Below are positions 41,007 through 52,600 of a DNA stretch of 64,000 nucleotides, piece by piece. Source of the DNA: Anaeromyxobacteraceae bacterium (GTDB lineage Bacteria; Myxococcota; Myxococcia; Myxococcales; Anaeromyxobacteraceae); NCBI GenBank assembly GCA_047602405.1, contig JASGHJ010000001.1, positions 352,001-416,000 on the forward strand, written 5' to 3'. The notes under the pieces are model-generated. The model worked only from the letters and a program-made list of their open reading frames with translations, ran no database searches and had not been told where the DNA came from. Within the stretch, counting starts at the first letter, position 1, and the number at the start of each line of letters is the position of its first letter. A program made the translations under genes and the position numbers.

Positions 41007-41468
41007 TCAGGTCGTCCCGACGCCGCGGAGCCGCAGCGCGAGCCGGTAGAACTGGCACCCCAGGCAGAAGCCGGTCGCCGCGGAGAGCAGCGCCAGCCCG
41101 CCCACGACACCGCCCAGCACGGAGGCGAGCACGCCGAGCCCCGCGGCCCCGGAGAGCGCCGCCGCGCCGGTGAAGAGCACCCCGAGCTGGTTCGCGAAGC
41201 GCGGCGGCCGGGAGTCCTCGAGCTCGCCCTCGCCGACGAGCGGCTGGACGACGTCGAAGTAGAGCCGGCAGGGCAGGCAGAACCGCCGCCCGAAGCGCAG
41301 CGTCACGGCGAGCTGGACGGCGGGGACGGCGAAGAGCCACCAGAGCCCCGTCACCGCGCCCGCGATCGAGAAGGCGGCCACGAAGGTCTGGTTGAGCCGC
41401 GGCGCGCGCGCGTCGATGACGGCGAGGTCGCGGTAGGGATCGGCGGTGCGGGGCTGGAAGGTGGCCAT
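41007..41468 (-). CDS. DUF4395 domain membrane protein
   Basis: IDARAPRLNQ, EDSRPPRFANQLG, TGFCLGC; starts 14 bp after the cysK stop. Confidence 0.85.
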   Translation of the reverse strand: MATFQPRTADPYRDLAVIDARAPRLNQTFVAAFSIAGAVTGLWWLFAVPAVQLAVTLRFGRRFCLPCRLYFDVVQPLVGEGELEDSRPPRFANQLGVLFTGAAALSGAAGLGVLASVLGGVVGGLALLSAATGFCLGCQFYRLALRLRGVGTT

Positions 41469-41482
41469 GGTCCGGGCGCCGC

Positions 41483-42451
<969 letters not shown>

Positions 42452-42457
42452 GCATCC

Positions 42458-42486
42458 GTTATAGCGGACGCCCTCCGCCCTGTCCA
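42458..42486 (-). promoter_or_regulatory. Sigma-70-type leaderless promoter of cysK
   Basis: Minus strand reads TGGACA-N17-TATAAC-N6-ATG. Confidence 0.7.
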
Positions 42487-42529
42487 GCCAGGACGGACGA
42501 ACGTCCGATAAAGCGGCGGCCGGGCGGCG

Positions 42530-44350
42530 CTACTTCCGCTCGACGAGCTTCACCGGCACGACCCTGCGGGCGCCGGCGCGGACGTACTCGACCTCGACCG
42601 TCTCGCCGGGGCGGTTCGCCTTGAGCGCGTAGGCGAGGTCCTGGAGGTTCTGCACCTTCGTCGCGCCGATGCGGACGATCACGTCGCCCGCGGCGAGCCC
42701 GGCGCCCTCGGCCGGGCTGCCCGGGCGGACGCCGGAGAGCAGCACGCCCGGGTCCGGGCGCTCGCCGAACTCCGGCACGGCGCCCAGGAACGCGCCGCCC
42801 GTGCGGCCGCCGCCGCCGCGGCCCACCACGCCCTCCTTCGGCGGCTCCACCCGCACGACCGCGAGCCGGTCCTGCGCGTCGGCGAGGTCCCGCACCACCC
42901 GCCCGGCGTAGCGCGCGACCTCGGCGACGGCCTTGCCGTCGATCTTGTCGGCGGTGTCGCTCGGCCGGTGATAGTCGAGGTGGGCGCCGGTGAAGAAGTA
43001 CAGCACCGGGATCCCCTTCGCGTAGAAGGCCGTCGAGTCGGACGGTGCGTAGCCCTCGCCGTCCCACGCGAGCTTGAGCGTCACGGCCGGCGCCCGCTCC
43101 GCCAGCGCGCGGACCCGCTCGCGCAGCCCCTTCGCCGTGTCGACGCCCTGCACGTAGACCTTCCCGCCCTGCGGGCGGCCCACCATGTCGAGGTTCACCA
43201 TGAGCTGGATCTTCTCGGCGGGGCAGGCGGCCGGGAGCTCCTTCACGAGGTGCGTCGAGCCGAGGAGCCCGGTCTCCTCGCCGGTGAAGTGGACGAAGAG
43301 GAGCGTCCGCCGGAGCGGCGGGCCCGCCCTGAAGCCGCGCGCGAGCTCGAGCACCGCGGAGGTGCCGGAGGCGTTGTCGTCGGCGCCCGGGTGGACCTGT
43401 CCGACCTGCGTGGGCGCGAGCGAGGTCTCGCCGCCGAAGCCGAGGTGGTCGTAGTGCGCGCCGACGACCACGCACTCCCCGGCGAGCGCCGGGTCCGCGC
43501 CCGGCAGCACCGCCGCCACGTTCGAGGAGGTGGTCTTCTCGTGCACCACCGTGATCTCGAGGGTGGCCTTCAGGCCGAGCGCCCTCGAGCGCGGCTTCAG
43601 GTCCGCGCCGATGGGCGCCGCGAGCGCCGCGACGTCCACGCCCGCCTCCTTCAGCGCCGCGAGCGTCACCCGCGCCGCGAGGACGCCGCCCCGCGAGCTC
43701 GTGGCCTCGGACCAGGCCGGCAGGTCGTCGGCCGCGGGGTGGTGCCAGTCGTCGCGCACCGCGAGCAGCGCGGCGGCGCCGTGCTCGCGCGCGGTGATCG
43801 CCTTCTGGCGCCACTCGCCGAGCGCGAAGTTCTTCGGGTCCCGGAAGGGCGAGGCCGGGTCCTGCTCGCGCGGGAAGTCCTGCGCGACGACGACGATCTT
43901 CCCCTTCACGTCGAGCCCGGCGTAGTCGTCGTAGCCGAGCGCGGGCGCCGAGATGCCGTAGCCCGCGAAGACGAGCTCCGCCTCCACCTTCCCGTCGTCC
44001 GAGAAGCCGAACGGGACGAAGCCCTTCGAGAGCTCCACCGGCCTCCCCGCGAGCGCGAGCGCGTTCGGCGCGCCGAGCCGGGCCCGCCACGGCACCTCGA
44101 AGCGCTGCTGGTAGCCGGCGTCGAACGCGGGCGCGAGGCCGAGCGCCCGGTGGCGGGCCTCGAGCCAGTCGGCGGCCGCGGCGAGGCCCGGGGTGCCGAT
44201 GCCGCGCCCGGTGCGGGCGGGGTCGGCGAGCCAGGTCACGTCGGCGCGGAGCCGGGCCGGGTCGGGCGAGAGCTCTCCGGGCGGCGGGCGGACGGCGGCG
44301 CAGGCGGCGGCGAGGAGCAGGGACGCGGCGGCGACGCGGGCGAGGCGCAT
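42530..44350 (-). CDS. M28 family aminopeptidase lipoprotein with PA and PDZ domains
   Basis: Lipobox LAAAC; GAHYDHLG, GADDNASG, TGEETGLLGS, NLDMVGR, DYHRPSD; C-terminal PDZ; own TACGTT-N6-ATG. Confidence 0.92.
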   Translation of the reverse strand: MRLARVAAASLLLAAACAAVRPPPGELSPDPARLRADVTWLADPARTGRGIGTPGLAAAADWLEARHRALGLAPAFDAGYQQRFEVPWRARLGAPNALALAGRPVELSKGFVPFGFSDDGKVEAELVFAGYGISAPALGYDDYAGLDVKGKIVVVAQDFPREQDPASPFRDPKNFALGEWRQKAITAREHGAAALLAVRDDWHHPAADDLPAWSEATSSRGGVLAARVTLAALKEAGVDVAALAAPIGADLKPRSRALGLKATLEITVVHEKTTSSNVAAVLPGADPALAGECVVVGAHYDHLGFGGETSLAPTQVGQVHPGADDNASGTSAVLELARGFRAGPPLRRTLLFVHFTGEETGLLGSTHLVKELPAACPAEKIQLMVNLDMVGRPQGGKVYVQGVDTAKGLRERVRALAERAPAVTLKLAWDGEGYAPSDSTAFYAKGIPVLYFFTGAHLDYHRPSDTADKIDGKAVAEVARYAGRVVRDLADAQDRLAVVRVEPPKEGVVGRGGGGRTGGAFLGAVPEFGERPDPGVLLSGVRPGSPAEGAGLAAGDVIVRIGATKVQNLQDLAYALKANRPGETVEVEYVRAGARRVVPVKLVERK

Positions 44351-44388
44351 CCCGGGAACGTACAGGAAGCGCGGGCCCGCGGGCAGCC

Positions 44389-46936
44389 CTAGGCCGCCGG
44401 CCCGCCCCGCCGGCGCAGGAGCCAGGCCGGGAGCGCCACCAGCGCCGCGATCACGCAGGCGAGCTCGCCCACCGAGGCGAGCGCGCCGAAGCCCTGCAGG
44501 CCGCGGTTCTGCGCGACGAGGAGCGACCCGTAGCCGATCACCGTCGTGAGCGAGCAGAGGCCCACCGCGCCGCCGGTCTCCCGCAGCACGCGCGAGAGCG
44601 AGCCGCGGCCCTCGGCGCGCCAGCGCTGCACGATGTTCACGGCGTAGTCCACGCCGATGCCGAAGGTGATGGGCAAGGTCACGAAGTTGAGGAAGTTGAG
44701 GCGCACGCGCGTCGCGCCGGCGATCCCGAGCAGCCAGAGCACCCCGAGGAGCAGGCTCCCGAGGACGAGCGCGGACGCGCGCAGGCTCCGCATCGAGAGG
44801 AGCACCAGCACCACCACCGAGGCGAAGGCGAAGACCGTGGCGATCGGGCCGTCGCGCAGGATCGCGTCGGCGATGTCGATGAAGAGGCATCGGTTGGCCG
44901 AGGGTCTGCGCCCGCGCGCCGGAGCGGTCGATGGCGCCGCGGAGGAGCTCGGTGAGGGACCGCATCTCGACCGGCGTGAGCGTGCCGACGTGGCGCGGGA
45001 AGGCGAGCGCGATGCGCCCGCGGGTGCCGTCCCGCTCGGTGAGCGGCTGGCGGATGATGGCCGGGAGGTCGTCCACCGTGATCGGGCGGACGTCGGGCGG
45101 GGGCCGGAGCGCGAGCACCTTCGCGCGGAGCTCCGGCTCGAGCCGCGCGAGCCGCGCGTCGGTGAGGGTGTCGCGCAGGCGGTTCAGCCGCTCGACCTTC
45201 GCCTCCTGGTCCTTCGGCACCACCGTGCCGAGGGTGCGCACCTCCCGGATCGGGTCGGCGGCGCCGAGCGCCGCGCGATCCCGGTCGAGCTGGGCGACCA
45301 CCTTCTCGAGCTCGGCGGGCGTCTCGCCGACGACCACGAGGGGCGTGAGGTAGGTCTGGAACACCTGGTCCTGCCTCGTGCCCCAGAACTGCGCCCCCTC
45401 GCGCTCGCTCTTCGCGGCGCGGAGCTTCCTGAGGTCGTACTCGACGATGTCGCCGCGGTAGCTCGCGATCCCGGCGATCGCGAGCGCGGTCGCGAGGCCC
45501 GTCACGGCGAGGATCCGCTTCGGGTGGGTGCCGTTCAGCCAGGAGACGAACCGGCCGATCAGGGAGTCGCGGACGTCCACCCGCTCCCCGGTCCGCATCG
45601 CGTCGAGCGCGGCGAGGAGCGGCGGGAGGAGCAGGTACGCGGTCACCCAGCAGAGCGCCATCCCCAGCCCGCCGATGATCCCGAACTGGCTGAAGCCGCG
45701 GAAGTCGGTGACCGCGAGCGAGAGGTACGAGAGCCCGGCGCCGAAGCTCGCCACGAAGGTCGCGGCGAGCGTCCCCGCGAAGGCCTCCTCGTTCGCCTCG
45801 AGCACGCCGCGCCCCCGGCGCCGCTCCTCGAGGTAGCGGGCCACCACGATGATCGAGACGTTGATGCCGTTCCCGATGACGATCGAGCCCAGGAACGCGG
45901 TGTTGGTGTTGAGGTAGCCGACCAGGAACCAGGAGACGCCGAAGGTGAGCGCGCAGCCCACCGAGAGCGCGCCGGCGATGGAGAGGATGGCCGACCAGCG
46001 CCGGAAGTAGAACCAGAGGAGCGCGAGGGTGAGCGCGAGCACCACGACCGCCGACGAGAGCAGGTCGGCCGCGAGCGCCTCCTGCTCCTCGACGATGGTG
46101 GCGACCTCGCCGCCGTAGCCGATCTGGATCGTGGGGTCGTAGCGCTCGGGGTGGAGCACGGCGAGCTCCCTCTTCACCGCGTCGAGCACGGCGAGGTTCG
46201 ACTCGAGGTTCGTCGCCGAGAGCGGCGGCCGGACGAGCAGCACCAGGATCTTCCCGTCCGGGGTCTGGTAGTAGCCGTTCCGGAAGCGCGCGACCGAGCC
46301 GCCGGCGCGCGCGACCCGGGCCTCGACGTCGGAGAAGTCGAGCGGGGGCGCGGGCCCCACGTCCTCCTCGTCGCCGAGGAGGTCGAGCATCGGGTTCGCC
46401 TTCCTCTTCTCCCAGGCGATCCGCCGGTCGATCCGGCCCTGGATGGTGTCGAGGTCCTCGACCGAGAGGTAGAACCCGCCGAACCTCCGGAGGAACGCGG
46501 TCTCCTCGTCCACCCGGTAGTCGACCGCCCGGACCACGCCCGGCGGGAGCTTCCTCAGGCGCGGGGCGAGGTCGTCGGCGAGGCGGGCGATCGCGTCGCC
46601 GTCCTGGCCGGTGATCACCACCGACAGCGTCGAGACGCTGTAGAGCTTCGGCCCGAGCGTGCGCGCCGCCGCCACGCTGGGGGCGGTGTCGGGCAGGAGC
46701 TCCTCGAAGCCGGAGCGCAGGTTCGCGTAGAGCCGGACCGAGAAGAAGGTGCCGAGGACGAAGAGGACGAGCGCCGCGCCGAGGACGAGGCGGCGGTTGC
46801 GCACGAGCCCGGGGACGAGCGCGTGCGCGAGCCTGCGGGAGTACCCACCGTAGCCGGCGGGCACGGGACCCGGGTCCGGGCCGTTCCCGTCCACTGCCGG
46901 ACCGGCCGGCCGCTCTGCGTCTCTGGTCTCCTGCAC
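44389..46936 (-). CDS. MMPL/RND family lipid transporter (HpnN-like); one-base insertion at about 44887; start uncertain
   Basis: Two TM bundles (IVIGNGINVSIIVVARYLEE; PITFGIGVDYAVNIVQR; CSLTTVIGYGSL). Removing one base joins the upstream frame to ORF 44389..44817. Confidence 0.85.
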
Positions 46937-47034
46937 GTCGAGGGCCCCGGCCGCGCGTGCGGCGGGGCTCGCGGTTCGATACTTGAAGGACCCGCCGTTG
47001 CCAAGTAGCTTCAGAGCTTTCTGGCGGATCTCCC

Positions 47035-47689
47035 ATGCGCGCCCCACACCTCCTGGCACTCCTCCTTTCCCTTGCGCTCCCCGCGGTGGCCCACCCGGAG
47101 TCCGCGACCGAGGCGCTGAAGGCCCGGGACGCGGAGATCCGCGCCGCCCTGCCGCCCGCGGGGGTCGAGCCCTCGCCCGCCGTCCGGGCGAAGCTGGAGT
47201 CCATCGTGACCCGGGCCGTCGACCTCGACGGCATGGTGCAGAAGGCCATGGGGAAGAGCTGGGGCCAGGCCACCCCCACCCAGCGGAAGCGCATCGTCGG
47301 CGCGTTCACGAAGCGCTTCGGCGCCCTGACCGGCGGGCAGCTCGACTCCTACCGCTCGACCGACGTCGCCTACGGCGCGGAGGCCCCGGGCGCGGGCGGC
47401 ACCACGACCGTCCCGACGAAGGTCGTCGTGAAGGGCGAGCCGACCGAGATCGCCTACGCCCTGAGGAAGCAGGGCGCCGGCTGGCGGATTCGAGGACGTC
47501 GTGATCGACGGCGCCTCCACGGTGGAGGGCTTCCGCTCCTCGTTCGCGAAGACCATCGCGAAGGAGGGCATCCCGGGGCTCGTGACGAAGCTCGAGAAGG
47601 CGGCGGCCCAGAGGTCCACGAAGCCCGCGCCACCGCCCTCCCCGAAGCCCGGGCCGTCCCCGAAGCCCCCCGCCGGGGCGAAGCCGTAG
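47035..47689 (+). CDS. MlaC/Ttg2D (HpnM-like) periplasmic lipid-binding protein; one-base insertion at about 47489
   Basis: Signal peptide; VDLDGMVQKAMGKSW. Removing one T in GATTC (47487-47491) gives WRIEDVVIDGASTVEGFRSSFAKTI, the MlaC C-terminal signature (218 codons). Confidence 0.85.
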
Positions 47690-47754
47690 CTTTCGACGAA
47701 ATCGGCGTGCGCCGCCGGGCGTAGGGAGCCAGGCTCCCCACCTCCGGAGGAACC

Positions 47755-49668
47755 ATGCCCACCCGCCTCGCCCGTCCCCTCGCCCTCGCCGGTCTCGCAG
47801 CCGCCTGGGCGCTCGCCGCCGCCCCGGCCCGCGCCGACGCCCCCCGCCCCGCCCGCACGTACACCATCGAGCAGTTCCTCACGACCGAGTCGGTCGGCGG
47901 CGCGAGCTTCTCCGCCGACGAGAAGCGCCTCCTCTTCTCCTCGAACCGCACCGGCATCTGGAACGTGTACGAGGTGCCGGTGGCCGGCGGCCCGGCCCGG
48001 GCGATCACCGCCTCGACCACCGACTCGACCTACGCGGTCTCGTACTTCCCGAAGGACGACCGCATCCTCTTCACGCGCGACCAGGGCGGGAACGAGCTCA
48101 ACCACCTCTTCGTCCGCACCCCCGACGGCAAGGATCGGGACCTCACGCCCGGCGAGAAGCTCAAGGCCTCCTTCGCCGGGTGGAGCCGCGACCGGAAGGC
48201 GTTCTACGTCACCACGAACGAGCGCGACCCGAAGTTCATGGACGTCTGGCGCTACGACGCCGCCACCTACGCCCGCACCCGCGTCTTCGAGAACCCGGGT
48301 GGCTTCTTCCCGGACGCGATCTCCGGCGACGGCCGCTTCATCGCGCTCGTGAAGCCGAACACGACGACCGACAACGACGTCCACCTCTACGAGGTGGCGA
48401 CGAAGAAGCTCACGCACCTCACGAAGCACGAGGGCGCGATCTCGTACAACCCGGGCGAGTTCGACCCCGCCTCGAAGGCGCTCTACTACACGACCGACGA
48501 GGGCGGCGAGTTCCGGCGCGTGCGGCGCTACGTGCTCGCGACCGGCAAGCACGAGGACGTCGAGCGGGCCGAGTGGGACGTGATGTACACGGCCTTCTCG
48601 CGGGACGGCCGCTTCCGGGCCACCGCCGTGAACCAGGACGGCGCGACCGTGGTCCGCGTGGTCGACCGCACCGGGAAGCCGGTCGCGCTGCCGGCGCTGC
48701 CCGCCGGCGAGATCACCTCGGTCGAGTTCTCCGACTCCGAGAAGCTCGTCGCGTTCTACGCGAGCGGCGACCGCTCGCCCTCGAACCTCTACGTCTGGCG
48801 CGTCGGCGAGCCGGAGGCGCGCCGGCTCACCGACACGCTCTCGAAGGACGTCGACCCCGCCGACCTCGTGCAGAGCGAGGTGGTGCGCTTCCGGGCCCGC
48901 GACGGGCTCACGATCCCGAACATCCTCTTCAGGCCGCACCAGGCGGCGCGGGGCAAGGTCCCGGCGCTCGTCTGGGTCCACGGCGGGCCGGGCGGCCAGA
49001 CGCGCCAGGGCTACTCCGCCGTCATCCAGTACCTCGTGAACCACGGCTACGCGGTCCTCGGCATCAACAACCGGGGCAGCTCCGGCTACGGGAAGACCTT
49101 CTACGCCGCCGACGACCAGAAGCACGGCAAGGAGCCGCTGTGGGACTGCGTCGACGCGAAGGCGTGGCTCGCGGCCCAGCCGTGGGTGGACGCGGACAAG
49201 ATTGGGATCATCGGCGGCAGCTACGGCGGCTACATGACGCTCGCCGCGCTCGCCTTCCAGCCCGACGCGTTCCAGGTCGGCGTCGACATCTTCGGCGTCG
49301 CGAACTGGGTCCGGACGCTGCAGAGCATCCCGGCCTGGTGGGAGGCCCAGCGCAAGGCGCTCTACGGGGAGATGGGGAACCCCGAGACCCAGCTCGACAT
49401 GCTGAAGGAGATCTCGCCGCTCTTCCACGCCGAGAAGATCCGCCGGCCGCTCCTGGTCCTGCAGGGCGCGAACGACCCGCGGGTCCTCAAGGTCGAGTCC
49501 GACGAGATGGTGGAGGCCGTGAAGAAGAACGGCGTGCCGGTCGAGTACGTCGTCTTCCCCGACGAGGGGCACGGCTTCTCGAAGAAGGCGAACCAGATCG
49601 AGGGCTACGGGAAGGTCCTCGACTTCCTCGACCGGCACCTCAAGGGCGCGAAGCCCGCCGGGAGCTGA
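47755..49668 (+). CDS. S9 family serine peptidase with beta-propeller, secreted
   Basis: GGAGG RBS and signal peptide; VHGGPG, GGSYGGY, QGANDPRV, DEGHGF. Confidence 0.95.
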   Translation: MPTRLARPLALAGLAAAWALAAAPARADAPRPARTYTIEQFLTTESVGGASFSADEKRLLFSSNRTGIWNVYEVPVAGGPARAITASTTDSTYAVSYFPKDDRILFTRDQGGNELNHLFVRTPDGKDRDLTPGEKLKASFAGWSRDRKAFYVTTNERDPKFMDVWRYDAATYARTRVFENPGGFFPDAISGDGRFIALVKPNTTTDNDVHLYEVATKKLTHLTKHEGAISYNPGEFDPASKALYYTTDEGGEFRRVRRYVLATGKHEDVERAEWDVMYTAFSRDGRFRATAVNQDGATVVRVVDRTGKPVALPALPAGEITSVEFSDSEKLVAFYASGDRSPSNLYVWRVGEPEARRLTDTLSKDVDPADLVQSEVVRFRARDGLTIPNILFRPHQAARGKVPALVWVHGGPGGQTRQGYSAVIQYLVNHGYAVLGINNRGSSGYGKTFYAADDQKHGKEPLWDCVDAKAWLAAQPWVDADKIGIIGGSYGGYMTLAALAFQPDAFQVGVDIFGVANWVRTLQSIPAWWEAQRKALYGEMGNPETQLDMLKEISPLFHAEKIRRPLLVLQGANDPRVLKVESDEMVEAVKKNGVPVEYVVFPDEGHGFSKKANQIEGYGKVLDFLDRHLKGAKPAGS

Positions 49669-49675
49669 GGCCCGC

Positions 49676-52600
49676 TCAGCGTGCGGCGAGCGCCTGCCGC
49701 ACGATCACGAACTCCACCCGCCGGTTCCTGGCGCGGCCGGTCGCGGTCCTGTTGGACGCGACCGGCCGGTCGGGGCCGTAGCCCCTCGCGTCGAGCCGCG
49801 CGTCGGCGACGCGGCCTGGACGAGGAAGGCGCGCACGCGCCTCGCGCGCCGGTCGGAGAGCGCGCGGTTCGCGTCGGCCTTGCCCTGCGTGTCGGTGTGG
49901 CCCTCGACGCGGACCCGCTCGAGCTCGGGGTGGTCCCGGAGCGCGCGGGCGACGGCCTCGAGGAGCGGGAACGACTCCGGGAGGATGGCGTCCCTCGCGG
50001 TCGCGAAGTGGACCTGCTCGAGGATGACGAGCCGCTCCTTCGTGACGACCACCTGCGGCGGAGGCGGCGCGGGGAGCGGCGCGGGCGCGGGCGGGGCGGG
50101 CGCGGCGACGACCGGCGGGGCCGGCGGCGCGGGGGCCGGGGCCTGGACCTGCACGATCACCGGCGGGGGCGGCAGCGGGACGACGAGCGCCGGCCTCGGC
50201 GCGGGCCTCGGGGCCGGCGGCGGCGCCGCGGCCACGGCCGGCGCCGGACGCGGCACGAAGGCCGCCGACGCGACGACGCGGAAGCGCGGCGTGCCGTAGC
50301 CGGCGCCGACGCCGGGGCCGCCGCCGAGCGTGAGCTCGAGGCCGAGCGGGAGCCGGGCGCGGGCGGCGAAGAGGAGCTCCATCGGGCTCGCGCGCGCGCC
50401 GCCGCCGAGGCTGGCCTCGCCCGCGAAGGAGCCGAGGAGCGCGAGGGGACCTCCCCCGACGCGGAAGGCGAGCGGGAGCTCCGCGGCCACCCCGTACGAC
50501 ACGGCCCGGCCGACCGAGAGGTCCACGAGCTGGCGCTCGCCGCGCGCGACGAAGCCGGCGCTCGCGAGCGCGCGGAGGCCGCGGGCGCCCCGCCACTCGG
50601 CGAGCGCCTCGAGGCCGCCGGTCACCTCGCCCTGCCCGGCGTAGGCGTCGCGCCTGCCGGTGGGGAGGCGCACGGGCACGCCGAGCGCGAGGCCGAGCGG
50701 CCCCGCGTCGACGAGGTGCGCCTTCGCGGCGAGCGAGACGTCGCCCAGGCTGGCGGCGGCCTTCGGCAGGGTGACGCCGGAGATCGACGGCCGGTCGCCG
50801 CTGGGCATCGTCATCGGCACGGTCGCCGCGAGCTCGAAGCGGTCGAGGAGGCCGATCGAGGCGCCGAGCTGCGCCGTGGTCTGGCTCGCGACGAGCGGCC
50901 CGGCCACGGAGGCGTCGGCGGTCGACGCGATCCGGAGCGGCTGGTCGGCGTAGGAGAGCCAGAGCGAGAGGTGGCGCTCGAGGTGGCCGGGGACCGCGGC
51001 GGAGGGCACCGCGAGCACGTCGGCGGCGCCGCCCTGCGGGTGGAACCGCTCGACGTCGATGGACTGGGCCGCCCCCGGGCGCGGCAGGGCGAGCGCGAGG
51101 AGGCCGGCGGCGACGCGGGCCGCCGGGCGGACCCGCACCGCGACGGCGGCGCGGCGCCGGCCCGCGCGGGCGAGCACGAGCGCGGCGAGGAGCGCGAGCG
51201 GGCCGGTGGCCCCGCCGGAGCTGCAGCCGGAGCCGGACACCGAGAGCGCGGCCGTCGTGGAGCCGGCCCGGCAGGTGCCGATCGGCTGCGGGTAGGCGCA
51301 GGCGTCGGCGTGGGTGCCGTCGCAGGCGGCCCCGCAGGCGGCGCCGCCGGGCTCGCAGGCCGTGCGGCCGCCGTGCGGCGCGCCCGTCACCGGGGTGCAC
51401 GCGCCGGCGTGGCCGGCGACGTCGCAGGCCTCGCACTGCCCATCGCAGGCGCGGTCGCAGCAGACCCCGTCCACGCAGGCGCCGCTCGCGCACTGGCCGC
51501 CGGCGCCGCAGGCCTCCGCCTGCTGCTTCTTCGGGGTGCAGACGCCCGCCGCGCACCAGCCGCCGGCGGCGCAGTCGGCGTCCGTCCCGCAGTCTCCCTT
51601 GCAGGCGCTCGCGCCGCAGGCGTACGGGGCGCAGTCCACGGTCTCCGCCGCCGGGCAGTGGCCCGCGCCGTCGCAGGTCGCGGGCACGGTGGCGACGCCC
51701 GCGGCGCAGGCGCCCGCGCGGCAGGCGGACCTCGGGAAGGTGCACGCCGCGCCGTTCGCGCCGTCGCAGGCACCGCCGCAGGCGGTGCCGTCGGACTCGC
51801 AGGCGGGGCGCGGCCCGACCGGCGCGCCGGTCACCGGCGTGCAGGCGCCGGCGTGGCCGGCGACGTTGCAGGCCTCGCACTGGCCGTTGCAGGCGCCGTC
51901 GCAGCAGACGCCGTCGGTGCAGAAGCCGCTCGCGCACTGGGCGTTGCCGGCGCAGGCCTGGCCGCCGCCGAGGCGGGGCTGGCAGACGCCGGCGGCGCAG
52001 TAGTTTCCGGCCGCGCAGTCGCCGTCGACGGCGCAGTCGCCGCGGCAGGTGCTCTCGCCGCAGGCGTAGCCGCCGCAGCCCACGGTCTGGGCCGCCGGGC
52101 ACGCGCCCGCGCCGTCGCAGGCGGCGGCGAGCGTGGCCGTGCCGGCGCTGCAGGAGGCGCCGCGGCAGGCGGTGGCCGCGCCGGGGTAGGCGCAGGCGCC
52201 CCGGACCGCGCCATCGCAGGCGCCGCCGCAGGCGGAGCCGTCGGAGGCGCAGGCGGCGCGCGCGCCGTGGGGCGCGCCGGCGACCGGCGCGCAGGTGCCC
52301 ACGCTGCCCGGCACGTCGCACGCCTCGCACTGGCCGTTGCACGCCGCGTTGCAGCAGACGCCGTCCGCGCAGTGGCCGCCCGCGCAGGCGTCGTCGGCGG
52401 AGCAGGCCGCGCCCGGGCCGCCCTTCGGCACGCAGGCGCCCGCGGAGCACCAGGCGCCCGCGGCGCAGTCGGCGTTCACCTGGCAGGCCGCGAGGCAGGC
52501 GGTGGCGCCGCAGGCGTACTCGCCGCAGCCCAGGGTCTGCGGGGCCGGGCACGCACCCGCGCCGTCGCAGGCCGCCGCGAGCGTGGCGGTGCCGGCGCTG

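Noticed and set aside
42530..47059. 1509-aa ORF appearing to fuse an MMPL transporter to an M28 peptidase
   Set aside because: Artefact of the one-base insertion at about 44887. The bridging segment is Arg/Pro-rich nonsense, the MMPL C-terminus lies in ORF 44389..44817, and the peptidase has its own -10 box and lipoprotein signal.
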